IMG/VR virus record: IMGVR_UViG_3300034198_008248
Span: 62,001 to 124,257 of that record
From: an uncultured virus (IMG/VR IMGVR_UViG_3300034198_008248)
Lineage: Duplodnaviria; Heunggongvirae; Uroviricota; Caudoviricetes
Length of the DNA: 62,257 bases
Direction: 5' to 3' (one strand)
Below, piece after piece: positions 39,740 through 49,505 of this stretch. The notes beneath the pieces are model-generated. The model did not search any database, had not been told where the DNA came from, and saw only the letters and a list, made by a program, of their open reading frames with translations. The translations under genes were made by a program, and so were the position numbers. The stretch's first letter is position 1, and every line of letters starts with the position of its first letter.

Positions 39740-40279
39740 TTATGACATCAGGCTCATTTTATTGGCGACATCATAAAAATGCGTTCCCATATCTTTCAAT
39801 CCAGTTTTTTCTAGATATTTTTTAATATGTTTAAAACTCTTCGGTTTGGTGTCTTTTTGAAAGAATATTTCTAATCTCGGAGTCAATCCAGCATCGTTTG
39901 TTTCGACTTTTTCAATAACTTCAGAAAAATCCATAACATCTTCTAAGATTTTGAATCCAAAGATTGATTTTAATTTTCTTAATAGGGAATTTCTGAATTT
40001 ATCCTTAGTTAGAGAATTGCTATAAAAACATAATCTGTAATTAGATTCTTGACTTATAATATGTTCGCAAACTATTTTTAGGAAAGCATGTGAGTATATT
40101 GTTTTATTATAGCTTTTAGAAAAATCGAATGTAACATCAATAAACATTGCTCTTAATATTTTAGCGAAAAATATATTAGTCTCTCTAAAAACTGTATCGA
40201 TATCAGTAAAAATTATACGTTCGTCATGAAAAATGATTTTTGTATAATTTTCCTCAGTTTTGATCTCGTAATGGTTCAT
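39740..40279 (-). CDS. Hypothetical protein
   Basis: 179 aa ORF overlapping the end of 40254..40499. Confidence 0.65.
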   Translation of the reverse strand: MNHYEIKTEENYTKIIFHDERIIFTDIDTVFRETNIFFAKILRAMFIDVTFDFSKSYNKTIYSHAFLKIVCEHIISQESNYRLCFYSNSLTKDKFRNSLLRKLKSIFGFKILEDVMDFSEVIEKVETNDAGLTPRLEIFFQKDTKPKSFKHIKKYLEKTGLKDMGTHFYDVANKMSLMS

Positions 40280-40499
40280 ATAAATTTAGGTAAAAGGCTT
40301 GACCAATTGGATCATCCATGGGCTGTATTCCCACAATTTCCGAGCAAAGTCCAACATTTGGTGTTTTATAAAATAATGTTTTGTATAGTGCTATTTTCCA
40401 TTTCCATCGAAATTGTTGAGATGGTTGAGATCCACCAAATCTTTTCCTATAAATTTGTTTATGGAGTCGTTTCCTATATACCCTATTTGTATTTTTCAT
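40254..40499 (-). CDS. Mini-protein carrying a gp23 Gol-region-like segment
   Basis: PNVGLCSEIVGIQPMDDPIGQAFYL aligns with gp23 PELISNEICGVQPMGGPVGLAFAL; TTGACA-16-TATTCT promoter at 40509-40536. Confidence 0.75.
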   Translation of the reverse strand: MKNTNRVYRKRLHKQIYRKRFGGSQPSQQFRWKWKIALYKTLFYKTPNVGLCSEIVGIQPMDDPIGQAFYLNLYEPLRDQN

Positions 40500-40622
40500 T
40501 GTAAATTCAGAATATCAGGGTTTCTCTCAATGTCAAGTTTATAATTTTCATTTGACATTTTTCAAATATATTGATTATTTGTTATCATCTGAAAATATTA
40601 ACATGTTTGATTAAATATATTT

Positions 40623-41018
40623 ATGACAGATTGGATCTTTAATGACGTTGAGCTTAAAACCTTGGAAGACTTTCCTATAAATTGTTTTGGTTTTGTTTAT
40701 AAAATAACAAATATTACAAAAAATAAAACATATGTTGGGAAAAAATTTTTATACCACATTATCAAAAAAAAGATAGGGAGTAAAACAAAAAGAATCAAGA
40801 GAGAAAGCGATTGGAAAAAATATTGTGGTTCAAATGAAGAATTAAAGATTGATATATCAACCGGGGATATTATAAAGAGGGAAATATTACATTTATGTAA
40901 TTTTGAAAAACAATTGACATATTATGAATTAAAATATTTATTCATAAACGAGGTTTTGGAGAAAGATAATTATTATAATAATAATATAAACGGAAAATTT
41001 TATAGAAAAGATATATGA
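40623..41018 (+). CDS. Seg-like GIY-YIG nuclease
   Basis: GFVYKITN....YVGKK, ESDWKKYCGS, REIL, YYN.NI.G. Confidence 0.85.
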   Translation: MTDWIFNDVELKTLEDFPINCFGFVYKITNITKNKTYVGKKFLYHIIKKKIGSKTKRIKRESDWKKYCGSNEELKIDISTGDIIKREILHLCNFEKQLTYYELKYLFINEVLEKDNYYNNNINGKFYRKDI

Positions 41019-42430
41019 ATTTAGAAGAAGCCAACATCAAATTGAAACCATTTGGGTGGGGAATACATTCAAATTATGAAAAGTTTTACAAATCATGCCT
41101 ATTAATGTGTGATAATGGACACATTTATAAAAATGTCCCGTATTCCGTTGTTAATAGAAAAAGAAGTTGTAAATTCTGTAGTGGTGATTGTTTGAACACA
41201 GAAACGATGAATAAAAAATTGAATAGTTATGGATTTCAATTGGTTGGGAATTATAATCCAACTTTAAAAAAACACAAACTTAAATGTTTACATTGTGAAA
41301 CTGAAACATTTAAAAGAATATATGATATTTTTAAAATAGAATCCACAATAGGGTGTAAAATATGTAGAACCAATAAACATAAAGAGAAAATAAATTCTAA
41401 ACAAGTCAATAAAAATATAAAAAAGCTTAAGAATCTAAACTTTTATAATTTTTCAATTGATGAATCATTCATATCATCAAATTGTCAGAAAGGTCATAAA
41501 AACCTATTCCAGTCTGATAAATTTTTGAAAAATATTTTTTGTGAACAATGTGTATCCGATCATTGTTTGACCAATCATATTAATATCGTGAATAAAAATT
41601 GTGAAAAATGGAACGTTTCCTGTAGTTCTTGTGGATATAGTTGGGAAACTGCTCCAACCAAATTGCTGAGTTCTAATGGATGCATACTATGCAATTTTAC
41701 AGATAAAAGTTTGGGCAACAGATGGAGGCCAACAGACGAGCAATATAAATATTTCTTAAAACTTCGCGGGTTTTCTGTAGATTCCACTGAAATTATAAAA
41801 AACTCAACAAAAAAAATTAAAATGACCTGTCCAAATGGACATCATATATGTATCACCCCTTCTATAATTTTAAGAAATCCATCATATCAATGTGGAAAAT
41901 GTATAGGTAAGGCGAAGTTGACATATGGAGATATATGCGAAAGATTGAAAGGAAAAGAAATAACATTATTGGATCATAATCCACCCGGAGTTAAACAAAA
42001 AGCAAAGTTTAGATGTGATGTTTGTGAAAACACATGGTTCACTAAAATTGATTGTGTTATAAACAGTAAATCTGGATGTCCATTCTGTTGTACAAAGGGA
42101 TTCAATCAAAGCAAAGATGGATTTTTCTATATACACAAAATCACTCATTTTAGTGGAAAAGAAGGTCTAAAAATTGGAATAACAAATAATATACATAAGA
42201 GAAAATTGGCGCAATGTAGATTATCAAATTCAAAGTTTGATACGGTTTATAATGTTAAGGCTTCTGGGGTTGATATATTGAGATTAGAAAGATTTATAAA
42301 GAAAAAATATAAAAACAATTTTAAATTTTTTACTAAGGATGAATTAAGTGATGGTTATACGGAATCTATTGATGTTTCTTTTTATGAAAATATAATAAAT
42401 GATGTTAATGATGAATTATTTAATATATAA
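41015..42430 (+). CDS. Zn-ribbon-repeat homing endonuclease with C-terminal GIY-YIG-like domain
   Basis: Many CxxGH/CxxC repeats; C-terminal GFFYI..LKIGIT..R..E..DGYTE. Confidence 0.75.
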   Translation: MNLEEANIKLKPFGWGIHSNYEKFYKSCLLMCDNGHIYKNVPYSVVNRKRSCKFCSGDCLNTETMNKKLNSYGFQLVGNYNPTLKKHKLKCLHCETETFKRIYDIFKIESTIGCKICRTNKHKEKINSKQVNKNIKKLKNLNFYNFSIDESFISSNCQKGHKNLFQSDKFLKNIFCEQCVSDHCLTNHINIVNKNCEKWNVSCSSCGYSWETAPTKLLSSNGCILCNFTDKSLGNRWRPTDEQYKYFLKLRGFSVDSTEIIKNSTKKIKMTCPNGHHICITPSIILRNPSYQCGKCIGKAKLTYGDICERLKGKEITLLDHNPPGVKQKAKFRCDVCENTWFTKIDCVINSKSGCPFCCTKGFNQSKDGFFYIHKITHFSGKEGLKIGITNNIHKRKLAQCRLSNSKFDTVYNVKASGVDILRLERFIKKKYKNNFKFFTKDELSDGYTESIDVSFYENIINDVNDELFNI

Positions 42431-42523
42431 TTTCTTTGTACTATCGGGATGATTATTTCTAATTAAGTATATAATCCCCATATAATCACTAATATTCTCA
42501 GGTAATCCTATCCAATCTGACAT
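42416..42523 (-). pseudogene. Truncated Seg-like GIY-YIG gene
   Basis: TAAGTA-N5-ATG then MSDWIGLPENISDYMGIIYLIRNNHPDSTKKLYIK*, cut at the YIG motif. Confidence 0.75.
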
Positions 42524-42581
42524 GTAATTACTTAATAAGCTGTCAAATTGAAATTATTTTAAACTTTTTCTATTTTCCCCA

Positions 42582-42766
42582 TTGACTTTTACTTTTTCGT
42601 AAATTAGTTATGGGTGTAGTGGGCGGGCTCTGGTACAATTATTAATAAAAATAAATCATAATCTATTAGTATTAATCTTAATCAATGTACAATAATAAAG
42701 ATTTACAGTTTTGTCGCTCCGCGACTATTATTGTACTTATAGTGTGCCCAAAAATCTAAAAGTCAA
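42582..42766. other. Structured non-coding element (candidate replication origin or ncRNA locus)
   Basis: Terminal IR TTGACTTTTA/TAAAAGTCAA, G-rich tract, AT-rich core, nested hairpins, at the strand-switch point. Confidence 0.45.
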
Positions 42767-43017
42767 GCTTTTCTTTTCGATTTTTTCTTCTTTTTCTTCA
42801 CCAAACCATTTCTGGATAAAATATCACCTTCGAAAATCGATTTAGGAATGCGTGTATCGCCCGCTGCATAATTGTCCCCATTAGGTTCACCAAGATCATC
42901 CACAGAGTCTTGTGGAGTGCCAAACATGCCACCCTCACCAGCACTCATGTCTTCAAGAATCTGATCATAAAGATCGGCAATCTTTTTCTCTTCTAAACTT
43001 GACAATCTTAGGCTCAT
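42763..43017 (-). CDS. Small hypothetical protein with basic tail
   Basis: LYDQILEDM..GDNYAAGDTRIPK; TAAATA-N7-ATG. Confidence 0.7.
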   Translation of the reverse strand: MSLRLSSLEEKKIADLYDQILEDMSAGEGGMFGTPQDSVDDLGEPNGDNYAAGDTRIPKSIFEGDILSRNGLVKKKKKKSKRKA

Positions 43018-43035
43018 ATGTTATTATTTAATGAT

Positions 43036-43488
43036 ATGAATTCTAGAGAATTTAAATTTAGATTGTGGAATGAAACATATCGAGAAATGTTTTACAATTC
43101 TTTATCGAAAAATAAAGATTATGACGAAAAATTGTATTTGACTCTTTATGGTAAAGTTAGAGGAGATTTTAAACATTGTGGTGATGTGGATTGTTCTGAA
43201 AATTATGTGATTCAACAATACACCGGATTAAAGGATAAAAACGAAAAAGAAATTTATGAAGGTGATATTTTAAAGATTTATGGTGTGAAACAACCCACCC
43301 CAATTTTTAATACTGGAGAACTTTCTAAAGAATCTCCACACGATATATACGAGGTTATTTGGTTTAGAGTATCCCCCGGATTTGGATTAAAACGAGACAA
43401 CATGATTTCTTATATGGATTATTCTTACCGTGCTCTTAGTGAAGTCATTGGAAATATTTATGAAAACCCAGAATTATTGAATTTATGA
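43036..43488 (+). CDS. YopX-family protein
   Basis: REFKFRLW, QYTGLKDKNEKEIYEGDI, EVIGNIYENPELL; TTGACA-17-TATTAT at 42999-43027. Confidence 0.92.
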   Translation: MNSREFKFRLWNETYREMFYNSLSKNKDYDEKLYLTLYGKVRGDFKHCGDVDCSENYVIQQYTGLKDKNEKEIYEGDILKIYGVKQPTPIFNTGELSKESPHDIYEVIWFRVSPGFGLKRDNMISYMDYSYRALSEVIGNIYENPELLNL

Positions 43489-43892
43489 AAGATTACGAAA
43501 AAGAATACGAGCGTCTCAAAAAAGACACAGCAGAATGGTGTTCGATTAACTTGACGAACATTGGAGATAAAACTAAACAAGCCATTGGAAGAAAGCAGTG
43601 GGTAGTTGCTAGGCTCTTTGATTACAAGAGAGATTTATTGAAACTTAAAAAGGAGAAAGAGAATCTTAAGAAGATAATTACAGAAAAGCTTATAGAAAAA
43701 TCCCCAGTCAACTTAGATAAGTCAACCATGGCAGCGATTGATAATTCTCCCCAATTAGAGGAGATCAATGAACAGATCAAGGATTGTGAATTTTTAATCA
43801 CATACCTCGAATACAGCGTAAAGATGTATGCTTACATTGCACAAGATATCAAAAACCTTTTGGATGCTCATCGATTAGAGACATCTGAATAG
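43485..43892 (+). CDS. uvsY: Recombination mediator
   Basis: Helical 135 aa, KQWV..L, YLE......DIKN; upstream of uvsW. Confidence 0.7.
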   Translation: MKDYEKEYERLKKDTAEWCSINLTNIGDKTKQAIGRKQWVVARLFDYKRDLLKLKKEKENLKKIITEKLIEKSPVNLDKSTMAAIDNSPQLEEINEQIKDCEFLITYLEYSVKMYAYIAQDIKNLLDAHRLETSE

Positions 43893-44739
43893 CGGTTTCG
43901 ATGGTTATAAATCTATTTTTAATTATAGATTTCATTTTGCCATTCATTAAGGAGTTTGCGTGAGTCTTATCAAAATTAAAATGTTTAGCAAATTGAACAC
44001 GAGAATCGAATTTCAATACTTTCTTTTCTTTTGTGTCATATACTTCAACAGACTTTGTGAATGTCCCCTTAGATGGTGCCATTGTATATCTGCCGTATTT
44101 CAACGTTTTAGCTTTTCCACTTACTAATAAGCAAACATCTGCAATGGCGATTTTTATAAACTTCCCACATTCGGATAATGAATTGAATGATAAATATTTT
44201 TCTTCTTTATTATCGAAAATTGTGACTGGGTGCCGTAAACCGGGTTTTGGGTGATTTCTGCTGATGGGTCGATTATCTAGAATGTATTGGGTAGTAGGCT
44301 CAAGAACCCATGTTAATTTATAATGCAAATATTTACCAGAAGATATTTTTCCAATATAACTATTAGAACACCCAATATATCTAGCAGCTAATAAGTTGGA
44401 TTTAAAAGTTTTTATTTCTCCCGTTTTTAAATTTTTTAAAGTTATCATATTTCCATCACCATCTTTAGTTGGACCTCCCTCACCACCACGACTCTCGTTG
44501 TAAAGTGTTATTTTATGTTCTTTGATGAGTTTTATCTCCTCATTTAATACGGATTTTTCGTCAGAGTTTCGATAAACTATATCAGAAGACCAATTATCGT
44601 TTATGAATTGTCTAACCCGAGGATTACTGGATCTTTTAAAATGTCTTTGTATTCTATTATAAGAATCATTAGCCTTTCCTATATATCTAATCGTTTTATT
44701 CTCATCATACAACATATAAACATAAAATGTTTTAATCAT
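43849..44739 (-). CDS. GIY-YIG homing endonuclease with NUMOD1-like HTH repeats
   Basis: FYVYML......YIGK....R...H, LYN..RGGEG, F.S...AARY repeats; start 44739 by promoter spacing. Confidence 0.85.
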   Translation of the reverse strand: MIKTFYVYMLYDENKTIRYIGKANDSYNRIQRHFKRSSNPRVRQFINDNWSSDIVYRNSDEKSVLNEEIKLIKEHKITLYNESRGGEGGPTKDGDGNMITLKNLKTGEIKTFKSNLLAARYIGCSNSYIGKISSGKYLHYKLTWVLEPTTQYILDNRPISRNHPKPGLRHPVTIFDNKEEKYLSFNSLSECGKFIKIAIADVCLLVSGKAKTLKYGRYTMAPSKGTFTKSVEVYDTKEKKVLKFDSRVQFAKHFNFDKTHANSLMNGKMKSIIKNRFITIETAIQMSLIDEHPKGF

Positions 44740-44855
44740 GTGTGTATTTAACATAGTAGTAGAATTTTTATAAATTACAGATAGAGGATTTAAAAATTTC
44801 ATTGACAATTAATGATCGTGTGATACAGTTATATTCAAACAGAAGAATATTGATT

Positions 44856-45308
44856 ATGCCTACAAAGGAAAGAATTAAAAAATCGATACCCGAGTCATTC
44901 GATGCTAGGGATTGGGCTGAAGAATTTGTATCAATGGTTAAAAATAAACCAGAAATAGCTACAGATGAAGAAACTATGATAGGGTGGTTTTCGAACTCTA
45001 TTATGAGAGGATGGGATGAACATGGTTCAAGAACAGCCAAAGAAGAAAAATGGATTTATATTTTAACCAATTGGCAAACAGGACAAACAGTGGCAGTCTA
45101 TTCCAAGGAACCGACCATGGATCAATGTCATCGAGATTATTCGCACCATCTTGGTAAAGATTTAATTTGGGCGTTTCCACATTGGTTGCCAGAATCAGGT
45201 CAAGGTGCTGATTGGAATTGTTCATTAATTAAATGGAAACTCGATTCGGTTAATAGATTTAGGGATGTTGTTGATTTTAAAAGTTTAAAATACGAAAAGA
45301 TAGATTGA
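44856..45308 (+). CDS. Hypothetical protein
   Basis: FDARDWAEEF..GWFSNSIMRG; TTGACA-16-TACAGT at 44802-44829. Confidence 0.7.
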   Translation: MPTKERIKKSIPESFDARDWAEEFVSMVKNKPEIATDEETMIGWFSNSIMRGWDEHGSRTAKEEKWIYILTNWQTGQTVAVYSKEPTMDQCHRDYSHHLGKDLIWAFPHWLPESGQGADWNCSLIKWKLDSVNRFRDVVDFKSLKYEKID

Positions 45309-45700
45309 TTATGGAATTTAAAACTAAAGAAGAATTTGAAAAGTATACAGGATCAAATCTTAGATGTATTGATGCTGTTTATTCCAAACCAGATAAACAT
45401 TACATTTACCCAACTTGTGAAATCTTTGATAAGGAATTAGTTCCAGAGTCATCTCATACAAAATTTATCCATGATACATTGAATAATTTCGTTCTAGATG
45501 CTGTGGTAGCACAATCTATGGGTGAATCAGTAGAAGATTTAACATCTAACCAGAAATTGGGTATTTTTATCGGAGCAGGTATTCCATTAAAGTATGAACA
45601 TGGAAAATTTTCAACTTTATACGATGTTGAAATTTCTATGGTAGATGGAAAATATAAGGTATCATATACCATACCAAAATTTAATAATACATATTGTTAA
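45305..45700 (+). CDS. Hypothetical protein
   Basis: Packed in an operon. Confidence 0.65.
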   Translation: MIMEFKTKEEFEKYTGSNLRCIDAVYSKPDKHYIYPTCEIFDKELVPESSHTKFIHDTLNNFVLDAVVAQSMGESVEDLTSNQKLGIFIGAGIPLKYEHGKFSTLYDVEISMVDGKYKVSYTIPKFNNTYC

Positions 45701-45701
45701 T

Positions 45702-46049
45702 ATGATACCTACAGATAATTTTTTTAAAGGTATGGAGGTTGTCATGGTTTATGGAGATTGCGATATACCATACGAAGGTGCATTGGTAGTGGATGTTATA
45801 TATCCTAATAGTGTATATGTATCTGACATGGATGGAAACAATATCGGAAATAGGGGTTGTGCCGAATTACAACCTAAATGTGGAAGGAAGGGTTGTAATA
45901 ATGCAGCATATTACTGGTCCGATGCATCTAACGGAAATAAAAGATTCAGATGTCTGAAATGTTCAGATTCTTTTTTATATCCTGATCTTTGGAAACCCAT
46001 AAAATGGGAGCGTGATGAGATGGATACAATCAGATTCTATTTGAAATGA
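45702..46049 (+). CDS. Hypothetical protein with Cys motifs
   Basis: CxxxxC...CxxC; ATGA overlap with uvsW. Confidence 0.6.
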   Translation: MIPTDNFFKGMEVVMVYGDCDIPYEGALVVDVIYPNSVYVSDMDGNNIGNRGCAELQPKCGRKGCNNAAYYWSDASNGNKRFRCLKCSDSFLYPDLWKPIKWERDEMDTIRFYLK

Positions 46050-47461
46050 TTACTGTAGATTACAACAAATCATATAGAAAGGGTAAGATCAAATGCGATC
46101 TTAATACCTTTAATATGATTCGTGAACATTTCTCACAGAAGGTTGAAGATATAGACTTTGTTAGAAAAAAGGCTAACAATTATAAAATACCAGACACAAC
46201 ATACGCGATTCAGGAATCTGGTATGTTTGATTTTGGATTGTATGATGAGCTTCTATCTTTTCTGAAACAAAATGATATCGAGTATGAGTTAACTAATGAA
46301 TTTCGTTCTAGATTGGAATGCGATTTCGAAATTCCAGAAATATATGATGGTCTAAATTACAAGCATAGATATTATGGATTAGAGACTTTAGACTCTGCCT
46401 TGAAACAAGGCTATGGAACCGTTTTGTGGGCTACAGGAGCAGGTAAGTCTCTATGTCAGGCGTCTCTTATCGAAAACGTGTGGAGATGCTCAGGAAAGAG
46501 CTTTAAATGCCTTTTAATTGTTCCCGGATTAAACTTAGTATCACAGTTATTGGAAAACTTTGAAGAGTATGGTGTAAATTTTACATATTCTGGTTGGACT
46601 GGTGGAGTAAAGGGAATGAAGCTTCAAAATACGGATGTTGTTATTTGTAATACAGAGAATTTCTGTAAAAAGTTTTCTGAAAATTTGAAGTGGATAAAAA
46701 AGGTAGATCTATTATTAGTTGATGAATGTCACAAGATAAATGCTTCTTCAACGGTATCCAAATTAATACAAAAAATAAACACTCCACATAAATTCGGTTT
46801 TACTGGAACTCTACCAAAGGATAAAATCGACTACTGGAAGGTTATTGGAACATTCGGACCTATAATTTACGAAAAAAATAGTAAAGAATTGAGAGAAGAA
46901 GGTTTTCTTTCAAATGTGGAGATACGAATAGTTAAGATAAATCATCTCGATTCTCGTAATATGAATTATCGTCAAGAGTTGAGATACATTTACACATCTC
47001 CTAGGAGACACACTTTAGTTAGAAATCTTGTCAGAAAATTGAATGGTAATGTTTTGATTATCGTGAATCATACCGAACATGGATTGGATACTCTTGATAT
47101 GATGTCTTCAATATCTGATAAGAAATGTTTTTTTATCAATGGGGAAGTTCCTGTCGAAGAAAGAATGAAGATAATAAATGAGATGGAGGAGAATAGTAAT
47201 ATTGTTACAGTAGCTAACTCGACTTGCTTCTCCACAGGTATTAATATCAAAAATCTTCCATATATTATATTTTTATCTGGTGGTAGAAGTTTCATCAGAA
47301 TCGTTCAGTCAATTGGTCGAGGACTTAGGTTACACCCATCAAAAAATAAGTTGACTTTATTTGATATCTGTGATAATCTTAAGTATTCGATGGAACATGT
47401 CGAGGAAAGAAAGATTTTTTATGATGGAGAAAGTATTGAATGGAAGGAGACAGAACTATGA
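46046..47461 (+). CDS. uvsW: UvsW helicase
   Basis: ATGAGKS, VDECH, GFTGT, FSTGINI.NL, QSIGRGLR. Confidence 0.93.
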   Translation: MITVDYNKSYRKGKIKCDLNTFNMIREHFSQKVEDIDFVRKKANNYKIPDTTYAIQESGMFDFGLYDELLSFLKQNDIEYELTNEFRSRLECDFEIPEIYDGLNYKHRYYGLETLDSALKQGYGTVLWATGAGKSLCQASLIENVWRCSGKSFKCLLIVPGLNLVSQLLENFEEYGVNFTYSGWTGGVKGMKLQNTDVVICNTENFCKKFSENLKWIKKVDLLLVDECHKINASSTVSKLIQKINTPHKFGFTGTLPKDKIDYWKVIGTFGPIIYEKNSKELREEGFLSNVEIRIVKINHLDSRNMNYRQELRYIYTSPRRHTLVRNLVRKLNGNVLIIVNHTEHGLDTLDMMSSISDKKCFFINGEVPVEERMKIINEMEENSNIVTVANSTCFSTGINIKNLPYIIFLSGGRSFIRIVQSIGRGLRLHPSKNKLTLFDICDNLKYSMEHVEERKIFYDGESIEWKETEL

Positions 47462-47901
47462 AGGACGAAAATAAAGAAAATTATTATGTCTCACCGAAAG
47501 TTTTCAAGGATCAGATTCAAAAATATTACGAGAGTGATATTATGACAGATGAGCTTGCAATTAACCTCGTTAAAATAGCTGAAGGGCTTAGTTACAAATA
47601 TAACTTCATCAATTACACATGGAAGGATGAGATGGTTGGTGATGCATTGGTGAAAATGTATGCTGCTTTACAATCTAAAAAATTCCGAATTGATTCAGAG
47701 TTTTCTCCATTCGGATACTTCAACCAAATAGCTTGGCACGCTTTTTGTAATAGAATTAAAAAGGAAAAAAGGCAACACGATGGTTTGGAAGAATACAAAC
47801 AAAGAGTATATGAAGATGCGATGCATGATCCATCTTTTCAAGGCCATATTTATGTTAAACCACATCTAGAATCAGATGAGAACGATGGAGATTACGAATA
47901 A
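47458..47901 (+). CDS. gp55: Late-transcription sigma factor
   Basis: YYVS...F, KIAEGLS...NF.NYTW.DEM.GDA, PFGYF.QI...AF..RI.KEK. Confidence 0.92.
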   Translation: MKDENKENYYVSPKVFKDQIQKYYESDIMTDELAINLVKIAEGLSYKYNFINYTWKDEMVGDALVKMYAALQSKKFRIDSEFSPFGYFNQIAWHAFCNRIKKEKRQHDGLEEYKQRVYEDAMHDPSFQGHIYVKPHLESDENDGDYE

Positions 47902-47903
47902 TT

Positions 47904-48314
47904 ATGTTTAATACTTATAAAATAGATAACTCATATAGAGGACCATCTAAGATAGATGTAACTGAGAAAAGAGCACCAACCGATGAATCTGTTCGACTTT
48001 TGAATGAGATGCAACAGAAGGCTTTTGATAATGTTTTATCATGTGTTCAATTAGACAATAACGAGTTGAAGGATATTACTTGGTGGATATATTATGATCC
48101 ATATACTTTCTCAGAAAAGGCTAGAGTTAGATTTATGTTGAATGGTCGTCTTTTCGATAAAGACATTATTCTACCGTGCCAATACACCAAATCAGAAGAA
48201 ATACCAAAATTGATAATGAATAAAGTTTTGGAATACATTGCTATAGAGGTTACTGTAAAATTGTTCGAGAATAATACAAATATAAGACAGTTTAAGGAAA
48301 TTTATAAAAGATAA
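47904..48314 (+). CDS. Hypothetical protein
   Basis: EKRAPTDESVRLLNEM; packed ORF. Confidence 0.7.
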   Translation: MFNTYKIDNSYRGPSKIDVTEKRAPTDESVRLLNEMQQKAFDNVLSCVQLDNNELKDITWWIYYDPYTFSEKARVRFMLNGRLFDKDIILPCQYTKSEEIPKLIMNKVLEYIAIEVTVKLFENNTNIRQFKEIYKR

Positions 48315-49333
48315 TGTTAAAAAAATCTAAAGTGGCTATATTCTCAGATCTACATCTCGGAATTCATAATAATTCCGAAGATTGGCATAAAATTGCTCTG
48401 TGGTGGGCGGATTGGATTGTGAAAGAGTTGACAGAAAAGAAAATTAAAGATATTTTCTTCCTTGGAGACTTTTTCGATAATAGATCAGAAATATCTGTTC
48501 AAACTCTCCACTTAGCATCAGAGATTCTTAATAAATTTAAGGATTTTAATATGCTTATGATCATTGGTAATCATGATGCATTCTATAAGAATAGATCTGA
48601 TATTCATAGTATGGGATTGGCATCTGGTCATCCAAACATAACAATCGTTGATAAGAATTTTGAGTTTGAAGACTACGGTAAGAAATTTGCTTTTGTGCCA
48701 TGGAATAATGAACTCCCAGATGGAAAATTTGATTATATTTTCGGACATTTTGAAATTGTAAGTTTCAAAATGAACAATTTCAAGGTATGCGATCATGGAT
48801 TATCTCCAATTGATTTTCTTGGATCGAAAACAGATAGTGTATTTTCAGGACATTTTCATCGTAGAAGTATGGGATCATATAACGAAGGTAGAATCTTATA
48901 TGTCGGGAATACTTTCCCAATGGACTTTGCTGATGTTGATAACACTAAGGGTTATCATATTCTCGATGTTGAAACCGGAGGATTTGAGTTTTTTGAAAAT
49001 ACAATATCTCCAAAATTTAAAAAATTCAATTTATCTAAAATTAAATCGATAACTGAAGATTATATTAAAAACAATATAGTCAAGATGGTTGTTGATATGG
49101 AAGTGGACGATAAAAAACTAGATAAGTTCCGTGTATATCTGAACAAATTCAGACCGTATCGCTTGATTATTGAACACAATGTTGTAAAATCGACAATCGA
49201 TAGCGTTGAAGAAATCGATGCGATCAATATCCCAGATATGATGGATGAGTTTGTTGTCCAATTAAAACTGGAGGAAGAGCAAGAGGGACGAGTGGATGAC
49301 ATAATTAAGGAACTGTATGAAAGAAATAAGTGA
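48314..49333 (+). CDS. gp47: Mre11/SbcD-like recombination nuclease
   Basis: SDLHLG, LGDFFD, GNHD, GHFE, SGHFH. Confidence 0.95.
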   Translation: MLKKSKVAIFSDLHLGIHNNSEDWHKIALWWADWIVKELTEKKIKDIFFLGDFFDNRSEISVQTLHLASEILNKFKDFNMLMIIGNHDAFYKNRSDIHSMGLASGHPNITIVDKNFEFEDYGKKFAFVPWNNELPDGKFDYIFGHFEIVSFKMNNFKVCDHGLSPIDFLGSKTDSVFSGHFHRRSMGSYNEGRILYVGNTFPMDFADVDNTKGYHILDVETGGFEFFENTISPKFKKFNLSKIKSITEDYIKNNIVKMVVDMEVDDKKLDKFRVYLNKFRPYRLIIEHNVVKSTIDSVEEIDAINIPDMMDEFVVQLKLEEEQEGRVDDIIKELYERNK

Positions 49334-49505
49334 AGAAAATTATATTGGTAAATGTTTTAGAGTTATTTTACCAAATGGTATCCTAACAGCATTTAAATGT
49401 AATTACCATAAAGGAGATTTTATAGGGAATGATACGTTTGGTGCTATATGGCACAAAAGATATTGCAAATCTTATGAAGAAATTTACCGAGAAATGAATG
49501 AATGA
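49317..49505 (+). CDS. Hypothetical protein
   Basis: 62 aa filling the gap after gp47. Confidence 0.5.
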   Translation: MKEISEENYIGKCFRVILPNGILTAFKCNYHKGDFIGNDTFGAIWHKRYCKSYEEIYREMNE

